From a virus (taxonomy: Duplodnaviria > Caudoviricetes): a DNA stretch of 46,179 nt. The position numbers were made by a program, and so were the translations under genes. The stretch spans positions 1 through 46,179 of the IMG/VR virus record IMGVR_UViG_3300030376_001764; one strand, 5' to 3'. The notes beneath the pieces are model-generated. The model did not search any database, was not told the DNA's origin, and was given only the letters and a program-made list of their open reading frames with translations. Positions 23,901 through 32,927 of the stretch are shown here, in pieces; position 1 is the stretch's first letter, and the number at the start of each line of letters is the position of its first letter.

Positions 23901-26900
23901 ATTATTTTGTAAACTAGCAGGTACTTCTACATTATATCTTTTAGCATCAGTTATACCATCTCTAGTTCTAATGTTAGGGTTTAAAGTAAAAAACTCATTA
24001 TACTTTCTTATATCTGAAGAAGGTACTTTACTAAAATCACCTGTTTTAAATGCTTTATCTAGCGCCTGCTTTAAATACGGATGCTCTTGCGCTTTAGCTT
24101 TCCAACCTTCATATACACCATCAACAACACCTTGTGTAGGTTTACCTGTAACTTCTTGATAATAATTATTATCAGCCCATTGCAACCAATTGTTTACTAT
24201 ATTAGGATCGCCTGTTTTAAACGCTTGTAAAGTTCGTTTAGCCCAATTACCAAACTGGTAAACATGTTCTTCCCAAGTGTTTTCTTTTGGTTTTAAGTTT
24301 GTTTCTATAGACGTTACTGTAGCAAACTTTCTACCAAAACTAGTATTAGCATTCTGATTGTACAAAAGTTCACGTACTGGTATAATATTTTTAGGATCAG
24401 CTTGAACCGCTTTAAATAAAGCTTCTAGTATTAAACGTCTACCACGTTTTATAGAGTCTTTCCTTGCTTCGTTTTTACCCATGCTAGCCCTAGTCTGACT
24501 AGAAGTTGCAGCGGCTACATCTTTAACTTGCTCAAGCGACAACAACTGAACTGCTTGATCAATTTCTTTACGAACAAACTCGAGATCCATAACCTCGTTT
24601 GCTTCTAATGCTTGGTCTGTTTCTGGTATAAACCTTTGAGTTCTTTGTCTGTTTCCTATAAATCTAAAACCTCTACCTATAGCGCCACTAGTTTTTCTAC
24701 TGCCAACAGCGGAATTGCCAGCGCCAGCTACATCACCAGGTTTTATAATTTTTGTAACATCTCTACCTAAATACTTAGGTAATTCTACTGTTAAAAAATC
24801 TTTAAACTGTTTATTACCTTCAGGCGTAAACGGAAGACGTCCACCAACTATAGTTTCTATTTCAGCATTAATACCTTTTTTAGGTTTAGCTTTTGCTTTA
24901 CTAAATTTAGCACCAGCTCTAGCTCTTTCAGGTTTGATAGGTATAAGATCTTCAACCATACGGTTTCTGATGCTAGTGTTTAAAAACCCTCGTATAGTTT
25001 GACTAGTTTGATCTCTATAAATAGGTTTAACGGCTATTTGTCTAATAAGATCTAAGTAATTTTTTAATGTACCTGTTAACTCACCATCTGTATATAAAGC
25101 GTTCATTACATTATTAGGTATAAACGTAGCTTTACCAAAGTCATCTTTAGTTTTTGGTAATCTAGCAAAATCACTAGCAGCATTGTCTATTAAGTATTGC
25201 TTTATACGAGTTAAACCTTCAGCATCTTTTTTAGAGTAGTTACGTTTCTTGTCATATATAGTTTCTGGATTTACACCAAACATCTTACCGTATATCTCTG
25301 CGACAGCAACTGGTACGTTTTTAGTTTGACCAAATCTTGTAATGTCTTGACCCTCAAACGCTTTGTTAGTAGCATCTGATATTTGTTTTTCAGCTTCAGC
25401 TTTATTTTCTACACCTAAATTACTTAATACTGTATCGCTAAATATAGTTGTTTCGGTAGGTTTTCTTGGGCCTTTAGGTTTTTCAGTAACTTCAACATCT
25501 GTTTCCTCTGCTATAACGCCTCTAGCCTCTGTAACGTCCTCTGTAAACTCTTCACCTAAAACTCTATTAGATGCTTCAATAGCTCTAGCTGGTAAAAACT
25601 TATTTATGTAAGCTGCTAGCGGTACACCTGAATCAGGATCATATTCACTAATTAAATCTATTATACCACGCTGCCCTGTTTCTATTTCATCAGTAAGCAA
25701 CTGTCTATCAAACCCTGGTGCTTCAGATCTGCGCTCAACTATTTTGCTAGTGATAGGTTTAAACTGTTCTATTATTTCAAACGCTCCAGCTACACCTTGC
25801 TGATCATATATTTCTTGAACACGCTGTGAAGCCTCTTCAGATCTTGACTCTTTAATTATTTGCTCGTCGGCTTGTTGCTCCGCTTGTGGTATTAATTCAC
25901 CTTCTGCACCCTCTTCAGCTACGGCTTGCTGAGCTGTAGTAATACCACCTTTTTCTAAACTATTGTTATAATCTTTAATAAAGTTATATACGTCTCTACC
26001 TTTGTTAAACTTTACTTTAACACCAAAGTTTTTCTGTAAAGCTCTACGAACTTTATCACCTATCTTGGTGTATATACCTTCATCAAATTTAATATCACCT
26101 GTAGCTAACGCATCTGAAAACAACGTAAGCGCTTCTTCCATTTGCACTTCTATTTTGTCATCTTTATATAACTCCATGCGTTGTTTAAACTTGCTGTCTT
26201 TTATTTGATCGACATCAATTTTATTTAACTCGTCTAATAAAGCGTTACCTAAATTTATAGATGCTACTGGATTATTCTTTAAAGTTTCATACAATATATA
26301 ATGTAAAAACTCATGCGCAGCAACGTTTACAGCTTGCTCATTTAAAGCAACTTCTTTATTTATAACTATAGTGTTTGGTTTACCATCTACACCAGGTATA
26401 AAAAACCCTTGTTGACCAGCAGACTCTTTAACGTCTACGTTAGGGTTATCTTGTTTAATTAAAAAGTTTTCTACTTCTGAAGTATTATCAAATACTTCAA
26501 AATCTAATTGATCAACATCTTCTGTTTCTTTTTTAACTTTTGCTAGTTTGCCATAAAACTCTTCAGCTGTATTTCTTATGTTAAATATTTCTTGTGCAGC
26601 TTGCTCTTGCGCTGTCTCTAAACCATCTATTATACTAGCTTTCTGATCGTCAGTTAAATTGTCAGCTGCTTTAGTGGCATCGATCTCTGCGTTTACCGAT
26701 GTTAGTATATCATAGTTTTGATTTACTATTTCTATTTGTTGATCTGAAAGCGTACCCATCAAATCATCATTAGCATCTACAGCTGCAGTTAGTTTCTCTC
26801 TAATCTCTACTTGTGCAGTATTAATTGCTTTAAGTTGAGCTGCTGTTATGTTTTTAGAATATTTAGCTTTGTCTAACTGATGCAGTTCTGACAGTAAACC

Positions 26901-28529
26901 TTGTATTCTTTTGTGCTCTTGTGGTGTCTTTATAGCGTTACTAGCTTTAAGATAATCACCAGTCAATATCACACTACCAGAACCAAAAGCGCCTTTTAAA
27001 CCAGACTCAAAAGCTTCAGGCGTAAAAAAATCACCAGTTGCTTTTATAACAGAATCTCTATAGTTCATACCTTGAGAAGCGTACTGGTTAAATTGCTGAG
27101 TACTATATTGGAGCATTTCTTGGAATCCGTTTTTACCCATTACCATTGCCGTAGCCGCGTATTTTTGCTGCGCAGCCATTGGCAATCTGTTAAAGTATTT
27201 AGTAATTACTTCAAACCTAGTCCACTCTGATCCTAATTCTAAAGCTGTAGAAACTATAGCTGGTGTCATTGTAAAATTACCAGATTCTACAAGCTCACCT
27301 GGTGTTAAACCTTGTTTTTCTGCCTGTATATCTATGCTTTCATTAAGAGCGTTAGCAAATAAATTTATAAATAATCCTGGAGGTTGTTGAGCTCCTGTTG
27401 TAGCAACAGCCATTGCGCCATCAATAACCCCAGCTAATCCTCCTAAAGCATATTGAAAAACCCCATCTTTTTCTTTTAACCTATCAAACCTTTGTGTTGG
27501 TAAATAGTAAGAATCTTTTTTATTTAAATTCAATCTAGCTTGTTCTAGCTTTTTTAAGTTTTTCTTTTGTAACTCTGGCGAAACATTTTGAGTTCCAAGA
27601 AAATGCCAAAGATATTCAAACTGATCGTCAATGTTTGCAATAGTTGTTAAGCTATTACTCATCGTGTTGTATAAAGATCTAGTAAAATCTATATCTATTT
27701 TATTGTCTGCGTAAAGTCTATTGTATTGTTCTCTTCTATCTTGCTGACCTTCACTTAGTTTTTGTATAGCATCAAGACCTTCTGATGCAGTACCTAGTGT
27801 AGCAACGTTGGCTAGGTTTCTAGTTATATCATTAGCAAAAAAATTGACTATATCATTAGATATATTTTTTTCAAAGCTATTATATTTTTCTGATAATTCT
27901 TCTTTAGTTAGTTTTTTACCAATAACAGTTACCTCGTCTAGAGGTACTCCTTCAGCTCTCGTGCCTACTAGTTCACCATCTACAATAAATGGTACAGGTG
28001 CTAAGTAAGCTGCACCATCTTTAACGTAACTTCTAGACTCAGGAACAGGGACGTCAGGATTAAAAGCTTCGTCATCAAACTCTAGTAAATCATCAGCCGA
28101 AGAAATGCCTTCCTGTAATATTTGATTACGACGTTTTGTTAGTTCGTTGTATTGAAAAATACGTTTAGGTGAATCTAATGGAGTTATTTTACCATCAGTT
28201 CCTGCAATACTAGCTATACGATTATCTATTTCTCTAACGTCATTTACTCCACCTAGATCTATTACAATATCTTCTTGTGCCCAGCTAGGGTTTTTAGATG
28301 GATCAAATGGATCTGGTGATTCCGAAGAAGTATCTACCGAGTCTGATTCCGTAGTCTCGGGTGCTTGCCCGGTTGTCGGTGTTACAGTTGCACCCTTGTC
28401 CGCAACACCGTTTGTCTTTCCCTCTTCTTCTTCTACAACTTCTACAGCGTCAGGAAAAGTATCTTTAAACTCTTTTACTTTATCTTCTGGAAGATCGTAA
28501 ATAGTTTCACCAACTTTAAATGTAAACAT
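20967..28529 (-). CDS. Giant internal virion/ejection protein (2520 aa) with zincin HExxH, sigma-70 region-2-like and HAD phosphatase domains
   Basis: Last and largest of three ORFs after the tail/GNAT genes; AAHEFLH (aa about 739), YDPDSGVPLAAY (aa about 914-990), WDFDDTL...LTAR...K...FADD (aa about 1686 onward). Confidence 0.8.
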   Translation of the reverse strand: MFTFKVGETIYDLPEDKVKEFKDTFPDAVEVVEEEEGKTNGVADKGATVTPTTGQAPETTESDSVDTSSESPDPFDPSKNPSWAQEDIVIDLGGVNDVREIDNRIASIAGTDGKITPLDSPKRIFQYNELTKRRNQILQEGISSADDLLEFDDEAFNPDVPVPESRSYVKDGAAYLAPVPFIVDGELVGTRAEGVPLDEVTVIGKKLTKEELSEKYNSFEKNISNDIVNFFANDITRNLANVATLGTASEGLDAIQKLSEGQQDRREQYNRLYADNKIDIDFTRSLYNTMSNSLTTIANIDDQFEYLWHFLGTQNVSPELQKKNLKKLEQARLNLNKKDSYYLPTQRFDRLKEKDGVFQYALGGLAGVIDGAMAVATTGAQQPPGLFINLFANALNESIDIQAEKQGLTPGELVESGNFTMTPAIVSTALELGSEWTRFEVITKYFNRLPMAAQQKYAATAMVMGKNGFQEMLQYSTQQFNQYASQGMNYRDSVIKATGDFFTPEAFESGLKGAFGSGSVILTGDYLKASNAIKTPQEHKRIQGLLSELHQLDKAKYSKNITAAQLKAINTAQVEIREKLTAAVDANDDLMGTLSDQQIEIVNQNYDILTSVNAEIDATKAADNLTDDQKASIIDGLETAQEQAAQEIFNIRNTAEEFYGKLAKVKKETEDVDQLDFEVFDNTSEVENFLIKQDNPNVDVKESAGQQGFFIPGVDGKPNTIVINKEVALNEQAVNVAAHEFLHYILYETLKNNPVASINLGNALLDELNKIDVDQIKDSKFKQRMELYKDDKIEVQMEEALTLFSDALATGDIKFDEGIYTKIGDKVRRALQKNFGVKVKFNKGRDVYNFIKDYNNSLEKGGITTAQQAVAEEGAEGELIPQAEQQADEQIIKESRSEEASQRVQEIYDQQGVAGAFEIIEQFKPITSKIVERRSEAPGFDRQLLTDEIETGQRGIIDLISEYDPDSGVPLAAYINKFLPARAIEASNRVLGEEFTEDVTEARGVIAEETDVEVTEKPKGPRKPTETTIFSDTVLSNLGVENKAEAEKQISDATNKAFEGQDITRFGQTKNVPVAVAEIYGKMFGVNPETIYDKKRNYSKKDAEGLTRIKQYLIDNAASDFARLPKTKDDFGKATFIPNNVMNALYTDGELTGTLKNYLDLIRQIAVKPIYRDQTSQTIRGFLNTSIRNRMVEDLIPIKPERARAGAKFSKAKAKPKKGINAEIETIVGGRLPFTPEGNKQFKDFLTVELPKYLGRDVTKIIKPGDVAGAGNSAVGSRKTSGAIGRGFRFIGNRQRTQRFIPETDQALEANEVMDLEFVRKEIDQAVQLLSLEQVKDVAAATSSQTRASMGKNEARKDSIKRGRRLILEALFKAVQADPKNIIPVRELLYNQNANTSFGRKFATVTSIETNLKPKENTWEEHVYQFGNWAKRTLQAFKTGDPNIVNNWLQWADNNYYQEVTGKPTQGVVDGVYEGWKAKAQEHPYLKQALDKAFKTGDFSKVPSSDIRKYNEFFTLNPNIRTRDGITDAKRYNVEVPASLQNNKAVVNEQGKLIYQQLIGYITPQQAKQQLQEFSKLAPSILKASKSNNKKLPPGVRLEDPGTFDQFGMVDVVTKQMFPAIADLDIVKAGRLTAYEALDPDQQFEVMAQVPGSPVQEAIAVMSISDQAIRFSRNADAPNKGISVWDFDDTLATTKSNVLYTMPDGTEGVLNAEQFAKQGEDLLDQGAEFDFSEFEKVTKGAKGPMFEKAVARNRKFGNNNVFILTARTQAAAEPIHQFLKAIGLDIPLGNIVGLGNSTPEAKARWVVGKAAEGYNDFYFADDAYKNVKAVQDALNVLDVKSKVRQAYVKHSKSEALDKGFNDILEQTTGIASEKEYKKVKAEVAGASLGRVFRGIPYSAQDFVGLLYETLSKGKLGDSQMAWYKKHLIDPYARAVNDIDNARLSVMQDYRALKKQLGFVPKNLRKKIPGEPYSREQAVRVYIWNKLGYDVPGISKQDLKDLSEHVADNADLQVFADQVIAIQKGEYTKPREGWPAGTITTDIQESINTGVRAKYLTQWQNNVDVIFSEKNMNKLQAAYGKKYRVAIENMLDRMKTGRNRRFSDDSLTGRFTDWLQGSIGAIMFFNSRSALLQTISSVNFLNFTDNNPLAAAKAFANQKQYWSDFATLINSDFLKARRSGLRMNVNEADIADMAKKGGPRAVISKLLQLGFAPTQIADSFAIASGGATFYRNRIKSLMKQGMSQSEAETQAFDDFRENAEESQQSARPDRISMQQAGPLGRLILAFQNTPSQYARIIDKSVRDLKNNRGDRKTNISKIVYYSTVQNLLFNALQQALFAFAFDDEEPEDEEKKDKYISIANGMADSLLRGTGVAGGVMSVTKNAIMRIVKESQKDNPNYEKVGADLQRIAPPISSKLSKINQAARSFKWDKDEMINGGWGLDNPAYLAVGNVVSATTNIPIDRGVKKINNLMKASDSELETWERLALLGGWQDWEIGIDEEKKKPQKRKVKKRKVKKRKVKK

Positions 28530-28541
28530 ATTTAATTAATT

Positions 28542-30206
28542 TTATTTTCTAACGTATGGAAAAAATTGATTAGCGGCAGAACTAACAACTTTATTAGCAT
28601 CGGTATCTTTTATACCCATGGCTTGCATTAGTATTTTCTTTTTCTGAGCTGGATCCATATAAGGATATATTTCAAGTCCGCCTACTTCTATGCTTTCTAG
28701 CTCATCGTCTGTACCGTATTCATCAAGACCTTCTATACCTAGATTTCTAGCTATTCTAAGAGTACTTTGTAAGTCTGTAAGATCAGCAACATCTATTCTT
28801 TCGTCTAAGTCTTTTAGTGTTTTTTGATAATCTGCTCTTCTTATTTCACCTTCAGTAGGTTTTTTATCGTCCTCAGGTCTTTGTTTTCTACGGCGCTCTT
28901 CTTTTGTTTTAGTATAGTAAATTTTACTTTCACCAGCAATTAAAGGATTTTGTTCTTCGTACTCTGGAAACTCTTCTTTGTATCTAGCAACGTCCTGTTC
29001 TGTAGCTGTTCTAGTTTCAACCTGTTTGTTACCAAACATTCTTATTAAGTCGTTATGCTCAAGACTGTCTTTTATAAATTGTATTTGGCTAGTTTCACCT
29101 TTGCCTATCCAATCTTCTTTAGCAAAAGATTTACCTAAATTATATTTTATATACTTAAGCTGTTCGTCTAAAGGCATTTGCAATAAACCTTTAGCTTTAC
29201 TATCTAACATAGACTTGTACGTAATGTCTTCCGTAAGCATTTCTACGTTAAAGTGTCTTTCTGTGGTAACTATTTCGTCATCACCTTGAGGGTTTATTGA
29301 TATTATAGAATTAGAATTAAAGCCTTTACCTGTTGGCGTGTCTTGATCGTTAAGAAAACCAGATGTACGCAGCGCATCGTTGGTGTCAATTAATTCAGGT
29401 AATTTAGTAATTAAACCATTGCCATTAGCCCATTTGTCTACATCTCTAGACCAAATAAAATTAGCATCTGAATCTTCTAAATCATAAGCTTCTTTTAAAG
29501 ATGCCCATACATCACTATTTGTGTCCATCTGAACAGACACATTCATAATATTTTTATAGCTACCATCATCTTGTCTAACCCTTTCTAGCTTTTTATGAAT
29601 GCCACTAGACGCGTTTCTGTTTAACAATGATTCAGCTACAACTAAGTTTTGATACTCTTCTTTACCCTCACCAAGTATATCAAACCCATTAGTGCCATCA
29701 AAGTTACCTATATCAAAAGCCTTTTGCTCTTTTAAAGGTGTTAACCCGCTAATTATTTTACCTGTTTGATTTAATGTGGTTGTCTGATATGTCTGTGCAT
29801 TGTTAACTATATTAGAATAAGCTATACGCTCAGCGCTTGTTAGTTCAGGATTAAGAGCTAGTTCTGTTTGAGCGTCAATAGCACCTATACTATACTCAAC
29901 CCCATCGTGTATATATGGCTCACCGGTTTCTAACAAACCTATAGCAGTTTGTTTAAATTGCTGCAAAAAGTCTGGATCCGTTATACTAGAAGATGTTTCG
30001 TTTAAGTCTTTAAGATGTTGTAGCGTAGCTTTGTTTTTATAAAGCTGTTTAGCTTGCCTTTGTTTTTCTACTAAAGCTATTTGTTTTTGTTTAGCCTCTT
30101 GAACTTCTTTAAATATATTTGAAAAAGCATCTGAGCTTTCTTGAAAAGATTTAATATACATGTCTGCAGAGCGATCTAATATTACTTGTGGATTTCTATA
30201 ACTCAT
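28542..30206 (-). CDS. Putative internal virion protein (554 aa)
   Basis: Position between the pilot-like and giant proteins; helical N-terminus. Confidence 0.55.
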   Translation of the reverse strand: MSYRNPQVILDRSADMYIKSFQESSDAFSNIFKEVQEAKQKQIALVEKQRQAKQLYKNKATLQHLKDLNETSSSITDPDFLQQFKQTAIGLLETGEPYIHDGVEYSIGAIDAQTELALNPELTSAERIAYSNIVNNAQTYQTTTLNQTGKIISGLTPLKEQKAFDIGNFDGTNGFDILGEGKEEYQNLVVAESLLNRNASSGIHKKLERVRQDDGSYKNIMNVSVQMDTNSDVWASLKEAYDLEDSDANFIWSRDVDKWANGNGLITKLPELIDTNDALRTSGFLNDQDTPTGKGFNSNSIISINPQGDDEIVTTERHFNVEMLTEDITYKSMLDSKAKGLLQMPLDEQLKYIKYNLGKSFAKEDWIGKGETSQIQFIKDSLEHNDLIRMFGNKQVETRTATEQDVARYKEEFPEYEEQNPLIAGESKIYYTKTKEERRRKQRPEDDKKPTEGEIRRADYQKTLKDLDERIDVADLTDLQSTLRIARNLGIEGLDEYGTDDELESIEVGGLEIYPYMDPAQKKKILMQAMGIKDTDANKVVSSAANQFFPYVRK

Positions 30207-30218
30207 AATTATTTTTTT

Positions 30219-30947
30219 TTAAGCACCCCCCGTGGCTAAACCTCCAAGCACATCGCCAACACCACTAGCAACCCCACCCCAAGCAGCTGCTTTAGCTTGA
30301 TTTGAAGAAGCTTGTTGAGCTCTTGCTTGATCTTGTTGACCGGATGCTCTATCTAAATCAGCGTTAATACGATTTTCTTCGTTAGCAAAAACAAATGCTT
30401 TACCTTCTGCCTCAGCAGCCTGTACTCTTCTACCTTCAGACATGGCTACATTTTGTACTCTTTGTTGTTCTGCAATTCTTTGTTGTTGTAGGTTTGCTTC
30501 ACCTTGCGCTCTAGCTTTTTCGTTGCTAGCTTCTTGAGCTTCAATACTAGATGCAATACCTTTTTTACTTTGTAAAGCCGCTTGAGCAAGGGCAGTTGCA
30601 CCACCAGCACTAGCACCAGTCGCTCTAAGCGTGTCTAGTGTGTTTGCTAAAGCGATATCAGCTTGTTCGGCTTGCATTTCAGCTGCTTGAGTTGCTACGC
30701 CTAACTGAGCAAACGGATTACTCATTTGCGAACTTAAATCTTTAGCCATAGCCGATAAATCAGTTACGCCTTCATAAGGATTTATAACGTCACCTCTACT
30801 GGCTTTTAAACTATCTATTTCTGCTTGAGCCCTTTCAGCCGCGTTTTTAGCTCTATCAGCGGCTTTGTCAGCTTGGTTAGCTGCCACGGCTCCACCTATA
30901 ACTTTAGCGCCAATCGCTCCTACGGCTAATGCTGTTATTGCTCCCAT
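30219..30947 (-). CDS. Ala/Gln-rich pilot/ejection protein (242 aa)
   Basis: Gly/Ala hydrophobic termini flanking a long A/Q coiled coil. Confidence 0.65.
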   Translation of the reverse strand: MGAITALAVGAIGAKVIGGAVAANQADKAADRAKNAAERAQAEIDSLKASRGDVINPYEGVTDLSAMAKDLSSQMSNPFAQLGVATQAAEMQAEQADIALANTLDTLRATGASAGGATALAQAALQSKKGIASSIEAQEASNEKARAQGEANLQQQRIAEQQRVQNVAMSEGRRVQAAEAEGKAFVFANEENRINADLDRASGQQDQARAQQASSNQAKAAAWGGVASGVGDVLGGLATGGA

Positions 30948-30948
30948 A

Positions 30949-31356
30949 TTAATTAATCTTTTTAGTTACTTCATGTGATGGATTTTTATCTACTGTCCAC
31001 CCTAATTTTTCATGCATGCTAATTAAAGGTTTTGATCTACCTATAGTAAACATATACTCAACCCCATTAGCTTTACAAACTTCTTCAGCTGATTTTATTA
31101 AAAGCTCTATAGCGTCTTTTCTGTCAGCTTCTCTGTAATCTGGATTAGATACAACCCATTCAAATAAAGCTCCCTTAGAATTAGTATAATATATGAAACC
31201 TGCAGCGATAGGCACGTCTTTTTCTACAATAAGACCACCAGTACCGTTATCAGGTAAAAAATCTTTAGGTGGGTTGACCCACTCAGGCCACGCGTCCCAC
31301 CACGAGCATAATGTGTCCCAGTCGTTTTCTGTAAGTCTACGTATATTTAATTCCAT
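30949..31356 (-). CDS. GNAT-fold acetyltransferase-like protein
   Basis: LNIRRL...AAGFIY...EWVVSNPDYR...HEKLGW; position typical before podoviral internal proteins. Confidence 0.65.
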   Translation of the reverse strand: MELNIRRLTENDWDTLCSWWDAWPEWVNPPKDFLPDNGTGGLIVEKDVPIAAGFIYYTNSKGALFEWVVSNPDYREADRKDAIELLIKSAEEVCKANGVEYMFTIGRSKPLISMHEKLGWTVDKNPSHEVTKKIN

Positions 31357-31361
31357 TTGAT

Positions 31362-32924
31362 TTAATAACTTGATTCCACGTATTCAGATGATGCAGCAAA
31401 TAATTCTCTAGCAACTCCACCTTGACCAACCACTTGTGTTAGGTCGTCTGTTTCTATAGTTACAGTAGAATAATAACCTTTTACCCCTGACATACTGCCA
31501 CCAAAAACAACCTCAGCTGTAGTTGGACTGCTATCGTTTATTAAGTTAGCTACATACTTACCTTCTTTTTTATAAAAACCAGAATAAACTCTAGGGTAAG
31601 GAGGGTTTTCAACTCCAAAAACATCTTCATAACTAGCTTGCAATATAGCTTTGTTGTAGTTAGGGTTAGTTGCTCCGTTAACAAGCTGTCTAGGATCTAT
31701 TACATATTGACCTTCATCATAGCTTGTAATAGGTAAAGCTGTATCATTTACTTCAAAAGACCGGGCGCCTTTAAAACTAGATACTTCCCAGCCGGTTGAG
31801 CCTTCATAATTTATTGTTTTAAAAACTTTAGAAGCGCTTACGTTTGGGTTGAATATAAATGTTATTTTAGAGGGAGAATAAAGACCGTAAAATTTAGATC
31901 TGTTAGATTCACCAGGTTGCTCAGCATTATGCTCCCATATAGTACCGCTTTTTACAGTATAAAACTTACTTTTAATACTAAAAATTTGTTCTGGTTTGTA
32001 AGTATATCTACCAGTCCAACCTAAAACTTGTTCATCAAAAGAAAGTGTTTGATATGTATCGTCGTTAGCATCATCGCCGTCACCGCCTTCTTGAGTAGGC
32101 GTTACATTAGTACCTTGTAAGCTAAGAACATATTGCTTTGTATATATATCCCAGCCACCTATAATTTCACCTTTAGTGTTAACATCTGAGCTTATATTGT
32201 TTAGTTCATCTCTAAAGTAATCAATCATACCATAGTTAGATATCTCTGTAATACCGTCTTGAGAAAGTCTTAATATAGCATTTCTATCTTTGTCTGCAAA
32301 GTATTTTCTATAACCATATACAGCAAAGCTTTTAGGGTCTTTACTTATACCAAAATTACCAGCGTAAGGTACAATTTGACCTATAACTAATCTTAGTTGA
32401 CTTACAGCTGTAGCATCACCTTCGGCTGAATATATAGCATCTTTATCTATAAGCGCTCTATTAACTTTATTTTCTTGGAATATAATTAAGTTAGTATCTT
32501 CAGCATATAATTTTTGTATACTACCAAGAGCAGGATCAAGAGCTTTGGTTATGTCTTCACCTACACTAAACACGTTAGTATCATTAACACCTGTTCTAGA
32601 GTTGAATACGCCAGAATAAATAAGAGCTGAAATTCTAAAACTAGCGTTAGGTTCATCATCTACTAAATAAGCTTTAACGCCGTATAACATTTCAGTTTCA
32701 TTATAACCACCTTCTATACGAGATTCCTCTATAACCCAAGACTTATCAGCCTTAACTTTGTCGTTTGTTGTTGTTGTGTATATAGGAAAAGCTCCAGCCG
32801 TACCAGGCGCTACACCTGTAGATCCATTCCAAACTACTTTGTTTGGAGCAGATCCATTTGTGTCTGTAACTGTTTTTCTAAGTAAAAACGAATTATAAAA
32901 TTTAACTTCTACTACTGCAGGCAT
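31362..32924 (-). CDS. Tail nozzle/stabilisation protein, C-terminal part
   Basis: Beta-propeller-like GISKDPKSFA..G...YFAD...LRLS.DGITEIS; KVFKTI.YEG; KKEGKY. Confidence 0.65.
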   Translation of the reverse strand: MPAVVEVKFYNSFLLRKTVTDTNGSAPNKVVWNGSTGVAPGTAGAFPIYTTTTNDKVKADKSWVIEESRIEGGYNETEMLYGVKAYLVDDEPNASFRISALIYSGVFNSRTGVNDTNVFSVGEDITKALDPALGSIQKLYAEDTNLIIFQENKVNRALIDKDAIYSAEGDATAVSQLRLVIGQIVPYAGNFGISKDPKSFAVYGYRKYFADKDRNAILRLSQDGITEISNYGMIDYFRDELNNISSDVNTKGEIIGGWDIYTKQYVLSLQGTNVTPTQEGGDGDDANDDTYQTLSFDEQVLGWTGRYTYKPEQIFSIKSKFYTVKSGTIWEHNAEQPGESNRSKFYGLYSPSKITFIFNPNVSASKVFKTINYEGSTGWEVSSFKGARSFEVNDTALPITSYDEGQYVIDPRQLVNGATNPNYNKAILQASYEDVFGVENPPYPRVYSGFYKKEGKYVANLINDSSPTTAEVVFGGSMSGVKGYYSTVTIETDDLTQVVGQGGVARELFAASSEYVESSY

Positions 32925-32927
32925 TTT

